This document shows positions 57,387 through 64,000 of a DNA stretch of 64,000 nucleotides, in pieces. The notes beneath the pieces are model-generated. The model was not told where the DNA came from. It searched no databases and saw nothing but the letters and a program-made list of their open reading frames with translations. Both the position numbers and the translations under genes were made by a program. Origin of the DNA: Candidatus Bathyarchaeota archaeon (lineage in GTDB: Archaea; Thermoproteota; Bathyarchaeia; Bathyarchaeales; Bathycorpusculaceae); contig CAWAKC010000007.1 in the NCBI GenBank assembly GCA_963782525.1, forward strand, positions 64,001-128,000, written 5' to 3'. How positions within the stretch are numbered: position 1 is the first letter of the stretch; every line of letters begins with the position of its first letter.

Positions 57387-57448
57387 TTTATAGATTAATT
57401 GGATTGGTTTAACAAGTTTATTATATTTCCGCTTCTACCTATTTAATC

Positions 57449-57709
57449 ATGAATTCTGCCTTTTACAAGTCTCTAATTATTGTTAAGGTATTTAGTCAAG
57501 TCTTGTTTTTGTTTGGATTGCTAGCGTGGCTTGACGGTGTAGTCATACAGCTCACTCATCCCGAGTGGCTGCCGTTGTCAGTGTCGCATCTTTTGCCCTG
57601 GATAAGAACCGACACCTTCACAATCTTAATGTTCATTGTAAGTGCGGTTGGGTTTTTTGTTTGGAGAGTAATCGCCGAACTAATCGAAGCGGACAAGAAA
57701 ACAACTTAA
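57449..57709 (+). CDS. Small 2-TM membrane protein
   Basis: 86 aa, two hydrophobic helices around HPEWL...RTD. Confidence 0.65.
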   Translation: MNSAFYKSLIIVKVFSQVLFLFGLLAWLDGVVIQLTHPEWLPLSVSHLLPWIRTDTFTILMFIVSAVGFFVWRVIAELIEADKKTT

Positions 57710-59256
57710 GGCTTAGAATAAACTACTTTTCCATCTACTATGGTCAGGTCCACGGGTATGTCTTTAATTTTTTCGGTTGGAACACCCAGTGGATCGGCTG
57801 CTAGAATGGTAAGGTCAACGAGTTTGCCCTCTTCAATTGAGCCCTTAATTTTTTCTTCGCCCGAACAGTAAGCGGCGTCGAGCGTGTACATGCGCAAAGC
57901 TTCCTCAACTGTTAAACGCTGCTCAGGATAACTTTCCCTCAATACGGCTTCTTGCATTCCCAGCAACGGGTTCAGGGGTTCCATGGGGCAATCGGAGCCG
58001 CCCGCAACATGGACACCTTCGTTTAGCAGGGTTTTGAGGGGATGCAGCCACTTTGCACGTTCAAAGCCTAAATGCTCAGTAGCTGACCATGTTGCGAATT
58101 CTGTGGGAACCATTTTAGGCTGGACTGAAACGACGATATCCTGCGCTCCAAGGCGCTTAACTAGACATCTGTTGAGGACTGCTGCCTGCTCGATGCGGAA
58201 CCTGACCTTTTTGGCAGAATGCTCAATTACGGTCAGTGCCGTATCAACTGCCTTATCGCCCATCGCGTGGATAACAGGCTGTAGACCCAATGCTACAACC
58301 TCTGCCACCCAAACAGCCAATTCATTCTGGTTGAGCAACATTTTGCCTTTGTTGTTTTGGTCGTCGCTGTAGGGATCTGTGAGTGCAGCAGTTTTGGAAT
58401 CTAAATAACCGTCAACAAAGATTATGACGCTTCCCAAACGCAGTCGCAGAGGATCATTCGACGTAAACCCGCTTGCATTTTTTAAGAATTCATATGGTAC
58501 TATCACGTTAACTCTGACTGGAAGCTTACCTTGTTTGTGGAGTGTCTGGATTAGGGAAAGCTCGTTTTCGGAGAGAATTATCCAGTCGATACTTGTAATT
58601 CCCGCTTGCACAACCTGTTGGCACGCCAACGCCGCTGCATCCGCAAGTTCCTCAGCGGTTGGCTCTACAACTGCCTGCCAAACCAAGTTGGTGGCACTGC
58701 CTCGAAAAATCCCCGTCAACTCACCCGTCTCAGATTCGTCGATGGATCCGCCTGATAAAACTAGTGTTTGCTTTGTTATGCGAGCGACTGCTAAGGCTTT
58801 GGTGTTTGCAGCACACGTGTACGCAGCTCCATGATAGAGGATTATGGGGTTTTCTGGTGCAGCCTCATCAAGGTCGCCGAGGGTTAGGAGGCGTTTTTCT
58901 TTAAAGTTTTTTTCGTTCCAGCCGCGTCCAACTATCCATTTCCCAGCAGGCGTCTGCTTCACCTTCTGCTTGAGGAGTGTTTGTACGTCCCCGATTGATT
59001 GAACACTGGAGAGGTCAAGCCACATTAAGCACCTGCCAAAATCAGCTACATGAATATGAGTGTCGATTAAACCTGGAACCACTGTTTTGCCCCCGAGGTT
59101 AACCACTTTGGTGCTCTTTCCAATCAGCTGATTTATTTCTTGATTTAAACCCACTTTGACGATCCTGTTTTTTTTGATAGCCACGGCTTGAGCAACAGGT
59201 TGGCGCAGATTCATGGTTCGAATGTTCCCGTTAAGTAGGACTAAATCAGCTGGCAA
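57706..59256 (-). CDS. Amidohydrolase-3 (YtcJ/NfdA-like) metal-dependent hydrolase
   Basis: PGLIDTHIH, GRGWNE, FVDG, HAMGDKA, RIEQA, GSDCP. Confidence 0.88.
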   Translation of the reverse strand: MPADLVLLNGNIRTMNLRQPVAQAVAIKKNRIVKVGLNQEINQLIGKSTKVVNLGGKTVVPGLIDTHIHVADFGRCLMWLDLSSVQSIGDVQTLLKQKVKQTPAGKWIVGRGWNEKNFKEKRLLTLGDLDEAAPENPIILYHGAAYTCAANTKALAVARITKQTLVLSGGSIDESETGELTGIFRGSATNLVWQAVVEPTAEELADAAALACQQVVQAGITSIDWIILSENELSLIQTLHKQGKLPVRVNVIVPYEFLKNASGFTSNDPLRLRLGSVIIFVDGYLDSKTAALTDPYSDDQNNKGKMLLNQNELAVWVAEVVALGLQPVIHAMGDKAVDTALTVIEHSAKKVRFRIEQAAVLNRCLVKRLGAQDIVVSVQPKMVPTEFATWSATEHLGFERAKWLHPLKTLLNEGVHVAGGSDCPMEPLNPLLGMQEAVLRESYPEQRLTVEEALRMYTLDAAYCSGEEKIKGSIEEGKLVDLTILAADPLGVPTEKIKDIPVDLTIVDGKVVYSKP

Positions 59257-59421
59257 TTTTCAGTTTCCCGAGATAATATTCGTAACAAATCGCTATTAAT
59301 GCTTACGTTAACCCCTGTATCCTAATGGAAAAAATTGACACCGCTGATTTTTACAAAATTTATAAATCCTGCATTCGGATAGAAACCTTCGTATCAACCA
59401 AAGTCCTGTGTGAAAGCAACC

Positions 59422-60873
59422 ATGCGTGTTTGTTTGATTAATCCCCCACGTATTCAACCCAGGTTATGGGGTAAGCCGAGTATACTTCAACCCCTAGATA
59501 TAGCGTATGTCGCGGCTGTCTTGGAAAAAGACCATGAAGTACACGTCATCGATGCTGCAAACGAAGGCTGGAAAACTCTTCAAGACGTGGATGGAAACAA
59601 GTATCGGCAGGGACTAAAGAACGAAGAGATAGCTGCAAGACTCAAACATTGGGCGCCTGATGTTGTGCAGATTACGATTCCTTTTTCGGGCTGGTGGAAA
59701 CCAGCTTACGAGATGGCGGAAATAGCTAAAAATACAGACAAAGACACCGTCACCGTTTTGAGTGGGTTGCATCCTTCTGCCCGACCCGTCGATTGTCTTT
59801 CGCATCCAAACATAGATTACGTTATAGTTGGTGAGCCAGAATACACTGCAAAAGAACTCGTAAGCGTGTTAGGACAGGAAAAAGAGATTAACCTCAAAAA
59901 GGTCTTGGGTATCGGTTACATGAAAGATGGGCAACCAGTAATCACTCCTCCAAGACCACCCATCGAAGACTTGGATACCCTGCCATTCCCGGCAAGGCAC
60001 CTGTTGCCCATGGAAGAATACTTCGCAGCCGTAAAAGAGAACCCGCTCAGGGGCGAAATTGGCCATCATTGGACAACAATGATTACGAGCAGAGGTTGCC
60101 CCTATAACTGTGTCTTCTGTTCAGTCCATACGCTCATGGGTAAACAGTGGAGAGGCAGAAGCCCAGAAAACGTAATCGCTGAAATAAAACATCTCGTCGA
60201 CACATATAGCATAAAGCAGATTGACTTCAGCGACGAAAACATCTGTTTAGACAGGAAAAGAATGGAATGCATCTGTGACTTAATCATCCAAAACAAGTTT
60301 GACATCGAATGGTTCACTCCAAACGGAGTGAGGGCAGACACATTAAGCGAGACACTCCTAGAGAAAATGAAAGCATCTGGCTGCAAAAAGATTCGTCTTG
60401 CACCTGAGTCGGGGGTTCAACGAGTTGTGGACACAATCATCAAAAAGAACCTCAACCTAAGCGATGTGGAGCAAGCTATTGTTTGGGCTAAGAAAGCAGG
60501 AATCAAAGTGGGCATCTTCTTCGTAATAGGACTCATAGGGGAAACCAAAGAAGAAATCGAACAAACCATAAAGTACGCTTACAAACTTCGCGGGTTGGGC
60601 GCAGAGGGCTTTCACTTCAGCATAGCCATGCCAGTGTATGGAACAGAACTCTATGAGCAAGCGGTAAAAGGCGGATATTTAAGGGAGTGTTTCAGCGACG
60701 AAGCTTTAGCTGCTTCTGAACCCTTAATTGAAACAGAAGACTTCAACGCCGAAGAATTAATCGATTTATGCAAAAAAGCAAATCAAATCAACTCAGCTTT
60801 GACGCTGAAAAAAATCTTGAACGCTGCCAAACACCCTAAAAAAGTAATACGATTTATACAAGGTACAATCTAA
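59422..60873 (+). CDS. B12-binding radical SAM enzyme (class B) no. 3
   Basis: LINPP, PLDIAYVAA, GLHPS, GEPE, SRGCPYNCVFC, DEN, PESG, PVYGT. Confidence 0.92.
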   Translation: MRVCLINPPRIQPRLWGKPSILQPLDIAYVAAVLEKDHEVHVIDAANEGWKTLQDVDGNKYRQGLKNEEIAARLKHWAPDVVQITIPFSGWWKPAYEMAEIAKNTDKDTVTVLSGLHPSARPVDCLSHPNIDYVIVGEPEYTAKELVSVLGQEKEINLKKVLGIGYMKDGQPVITPPRPPIEDLDTLPFPARHLLPMEEYFAAVKENPLRGEIGHHWTTMITSRGCPYNCVFCSVHTLMGKQWRGRSPENVIAEIKHLVDTYSIKQIDFSDENICLDRKRMECICDLIIQNKFDIEWFTPNGVRADTLSETLLEKMKASGCKKIRLAPESGVQRVVDTIIKKNLNLSDVEQAIVWAKKAGIKVGIFFVIGLIGETKEEIEQTIKYAYKLRGLGAEGFHFSIAMPVYGTELYEQAVKGGYLRECFSDEALAASEPLIETEDFNAEELIDLCKKANQINSALTLKKILNAAKHPKKVIRFIQGTI

Positions 60874-60913
60874 TCGGGTAAACACGCTTTTGCTTTAGTC
60901 TCAAATCTATTAT

Positions 60914-60956
60914 GAAAAAAGAAGACAAAAAAGGGAGAGATTTTGGATTAATCTCT
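60914..60956 (-). terminator. Hairpin plus oligo-T terminator of the propeller gene
   Basis: AGAGATT/AATCTCT stem right after the stop, followed by T tracts on the minus strand. Confidence 0.6.
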
Positions 60957-63776
60957 TTAAGGTCGTTTTCTAATTAAGAGTAGCGCAAGTATTGCGCCAA
61001 CTATTGCGATGGCTACTATTATGCCTGCGATGGCTGGAACAAAGTATGTATCAGAGATAGATACTGGTAATGGTGCTGGTGTAGCGGTAGCTTGTGATGC
61101 ATCTTCTACTGTCAAGTACGTTGTTGCCGATGATGGGCCATATGCTTTGGTACCTGCGAAATTAGCGATTATCTGGTAGGTTCCAGGGACTTCTGGCTTG
61201 TATGAGATTGCATAGTTGCCGTTTATGTCACTTGTTGTTGTGCCGATTGGGACTGAATTGCCGTTAGGGTCGATAGCGCTTAAGCTAACGTCGACGCCCA
61301 TAGCGTTTGTTGGCTTTGCCTGTTGCATGAACATGTATTCCATCCAAGCCGTCATGTCTTGATCAGATATTGCTGGAGTGTCTTTGAGTGGAACTTGTAG
61401 GACATCATTGATGTTGCGTCTGCCAACTGGTGATTGGTCAGTAACTGTACCTTTTATCGTGACTTTGTTTCCTAGAGTTGATGCGTCATCTTGTGTTGTG
61501 ACTGTGGTGCCGCTTGGGCCTTTTCCGAATGCGTATAGTTGGTTGTCAAAGTAGTTAAGACCAACTAGAATACCGTCAGCCATGATGATGTTTGACGATG
61601 ATGGTGACATTCCGCCGAAGAATCCTAGTATCTTCCAGATTTCTTTGCCTGTAGAAGCATCTAAGCATCGTAGGTTGGGTCCACGGAATAGTGGTTGTGT
61701 TGGGGAGTGTTCGCCTGAAACTGTGTAGAGTTTGCCGTCATTAATCATTACGACAGCAGTCGGATAGACTCCGCCGTAAGCAGATTCTGTGCCGATGCTT
61801 TCAGGGTAGTATTGCCATAGTATGTTGCCAGTTTTTACATCGTATGCTGTAATGACTCCGCCGTAACCTGAGCTGTACAATGTGTGGTTGTAGTAGTTTT
61901 GGCTCATGCCGTAGTATTGGAATTGTACTTCAGGCTGGCTTGTCCAAACTAGTTGTCCTGTGTCCATGCTGTAGCCGAACCGTTCTGTCGTTCTTGCTTT
62001 TTGGAAGAGTATCATGCCATCGTCTGGATAGATTCCTGTGAGGCTTACTGTTTCACCGTCTGCCATTGATGGAGGAGTAAATTCTTTGCTTGCTAACAAT
62101 GTGCCTTCCTGGCCTGGTACTAAGCTGATTTTCATGTAGAAGCCTGGTGCAGTGTTTGTGCCGTTGTTAAATCCTAGGGCTGAAACAATCATGTATTCGT
62201 CTTGTTTAATCACTGAGATGCTGCCTGTTTGGTTAGATACCGCATTTCTTGTGCCTAGTATGCTGGGTAGTGAAGCATTTAACGAGTAGAAGTTGCGTCC
62301 GTCATGTACATAGTTGTAGGCGAGTGTGCCAAGGTATGCGTTTGCTCCACCGAAAGTTCCGCCTGCTGGTCTCCATTGCCATAAGCCTGTTCCAAGTTGA
62401 CTTGAGGGCATGGTTCCTGCTGAAGTGTTCCATACTTGCAAATAGTATTTAGGTGCTGTTGTCGATCCAAGGTTTACTATGTTGTAGCGAAGTATGCTTC
62501 CGTCTTTTCCGTAGACAGCTGTTCCTGTTGCGCCTGTTGTTATAGCGGTGGGTTGTCCCTGGGCATTAACTTGACCAGGTCTAGTCTCTGTTTGTGTTAC
62601 GTTAGCGATGTAGGTGATTGTCTCTCCTGTGAATCCGTCAAGCATTTCCCAAACTGTGCCGGCGCTTGTCGGTGTTGCTGTCCTATTTATGGTAACTGAG
62701 GCGCCCTGCTGGACTACTGATAGGTTGGTAAATTGTGTTGCACGTGGAACCTGAATTATCTCTGGCAATGCGACATTAGAGGTTCTCCAAAGGTATGCAA
62801 ATCCGCCGTGTTGGTTTGGTGATTCATAGTTGTAGATTTGTCCAAATGCGGGATTGGTTTGGTTGTAGTCTAAGAATAGTTGTTCGCCTGTATACAAGTC
62901 AAGTTGTTCCCATCCTTGCGTTCCGTGTGCAGTCATGCGTGGAGTAAAGTTGATTTTGCCGTTGAGAATAATTCCTGTCCAGCTGACTCCTTGGTAGTGT
63001 GCAGTTTGGTAGCCTATGGTACTATAGTTCTCATCCATCAAGCCACCAGTGTAGTATTGCTTTGTCCACAATATGTGGGGTGTTTCGGTTCCCGCGCCAT
63101 TAACATAGTTGCTGGTTTGACCTGCGGCGCCCTGAGGATAGTTTTGAGCTGCACCGCCTAGCCAGTTTCCGGCTAGTACATACCACTCATGGTTTGCACT
63201 GTTTAGGGGGCGGTTCCAGTAATCGGTTGTTAGTGGAGTTTCTGTCCAAATAGGTGTTGCTTCTTGCTGAACTGTCATGTTTGCTGTCGAGCTGTAATCA
63301 GGCTGATAATATCTTCTTGATATTACTGCACCCGAACTGTTAGTGGTGTCTTTCCATTCTCCAGGGAAATAGGCCTGCAAAACATAAGTGCCTACTGTTT
63401 CTGGTGTGTAATTTATCCATGTGGCACCTACTGGATCGGTACGTGGCATTGATAGAGTGTCGTTGGTTCCATCAGGCTTTGTGATTGTCACTATTGCTGG
63501 ATTGTTCCATGCGGCTCTGCCGTTTGGTGAAGCAACTGTGCCTGCTGTTTCTCCTACATCTGGAGGCATGTCTGCAGTCCAAGTAATTATAATTACTTGC
63601 TGACCAACGCCAACAGTAATAGGGGAAACACCAACGTAGATATAAGAACGCGTATTCGTTACGGGCACTGTTTGAGCTTCAGCGGGCAAAATAGCAAACA
63701 TCGAAATAGCGATTGTTAACATTAGAAATACTGTAGTAGTGGCAAGTTTTGTTTTATTTTTTCTTAATGTGTTCAT
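60957..63776 (-). CDS. Large secreted, C-terminally anchored PQQ-like beta-propeller glycoprotein
   Basis: Signal peptide, AYDVKTGNILW / CLDASTGKEIW / SMDTGQLVW propeller repeats, Ig-like ends, TM plus RKRP, many sequons. Confidence 0.85.
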   Translation of the reverse strand: MNTLRKNKTKLATTTVFLMLTIAISMFAILPAEAQTVPVTNTRSYIYVGVSPITVGVGQQVIIITWTADMPPDVGETAGTVASPNGRAAWNNPAIVTITKPDGTNDTLSMPRTDPVGATWINYTPETVGTYVLQAYFPGEWKDTTNSSGAVISRRYYQPDYSSTANMTVQQEATPIWTETPLTTDYWNRPLNSANHEWYVLAGNWLGGAAQNYPQGAAGQTSNYVNGAGTETPHILWTKQYYTGGLMDENYSTIGYQTAHYQGVSWTGIILNGKINFTPRMTAHGTQGWEQLDLYTGEQLFLDYNQTNPAFGQIYNYESPNQHGGFAYLWRTSNVALPEIIQVPRATQFTNLSVVQQGASVTINRTATPTSAGTVWEMLDGFTGETITYIANVTQTETRPGQVNAQGQPTAITTGATGTAVYGKDGSILRYNIVNLGSTTAPKYYLQVWNTSAGTMPSSQLGTGLWQWRPAGGTFGGANAYLGTLAYNYVHDGRNFYSLNASLPSILGTRNAVSNQTGSISVIKQDEYMIVSALGFNNGTNTAPGFYMKISLVPGQEGTLLASKEFTPPSMADGETVSLTGIYPDDGMILFQKARTTERFGYSMDTGQLVWTSQPEVQFQYYGMSQNYYNHTLYSSGYGGVITAYDVKTGNILWQYYPESIGTESAYGGVYPTAVVMINDGKLYTVSGEHSPTQPLFRGPNLRCLDASTGKEIWKILGFFGGMSPSSSNIIMADGILVGLNYFDNQLYAFGKGPSGTTVTTQDDASTLGNKVTIKGTVTDQSPVGRRNINDVLQVPLKDTPAISDQDMTAWMEYMFMQQAKPTNAMGVDVSLSAIDPNGNSVPIGTTTSDINGNYAISYKPEVPGTYQIIANFAGTKAYGPSSATTYLTVEDASQATATPAPLPVSISDTYFVPAIAGIIVAIAIVGAILALLLIRKRP

Positions 63777-63801
63777 TTTTTTCTTTCCTTTTGTTCATAA
63801 T

Positions 63802-63825
63802 TCTAGAAAGCACTTGCTTACTAGA
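63802..63825. promoter_or_regulatory. 24-bp near-palindrome between TATA box and start codon of the propeller gene
   Basis: TCTAGAAAGCA-CT-TGCTTACTAGA; minus-strand TTTAATATAT at about 63849-63858. Confidence 0.5.
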
Positions 63826-64000
63826 GCTCCAGATTATCGGTGTATGGTATATATTAAATTAACCTGAAAAACATCATTCGAATCAAATTTAATCTTAAAA
63901 CAATTGAGAATAAATGTTCAAGTTGTCGCATACTATTGAATAACAAATGAGCAAAAAAAGAGCACCTTACAATGCAATTGTCTCCAATATAACTCCAGTC

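Noticed and set aside
1-64000. CRISPR arrays, tRNA/rRNA genes, transposases, integrases, stop-codon recoding
   Set aside because: No regularly spaced repeats, T-loop signatures or mobile-element motifs seen; all long genes read through without internal stops

Overview
Gene-dense archaeal chromosomal segment, most likely Bathyarchaeia. This is an inference from PolB1, thermosome, prefoldin, AglB, CarS, RadB, a Tes-like enzyme and a C-terminally anchored PQQ-propeller surface protein. I saw no rRNA, tRNA, CRISPR or IS element. The first ~29 kb is mostly housekeeping: EndoIV, an ECF transporter core, DHH/DUF3194/prefoldin, Sua5, two MoeA, an RsmB/NOP2 methylase, PolB1, AglH/AglB, TopA, CarS, RadB, Clp1 and XPD. 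It also holds two eukaryote-like small proteins (OSTC/DC2-like and PAC4/PSMG4-like) and a split AT3+SGNH O-acylation pair. The best candidate for an undescribed system lies at ~29.3-60.9 kb. Cobamide nucleotide-loop genes (cobY, divergent cobS, cobD with a probable CTG start, cbiB) and two divergent DUF71 ligases are interleaved, often on tight divergent promoters, with a divergent DGGGP-synthase-like prenyltransferase, a Tes-like radical SAM, a possibly Gms-like SPASM radical SAM, three B12-binding radical SAM enzymes, glycosyltransferases, an epimerase and a methyltransferase. This suggests a cobamide-supplied ether-lipid tailoring pathway or an unusual cobamide pathway. All family calls come from motif recognition by eye; no searches were run.
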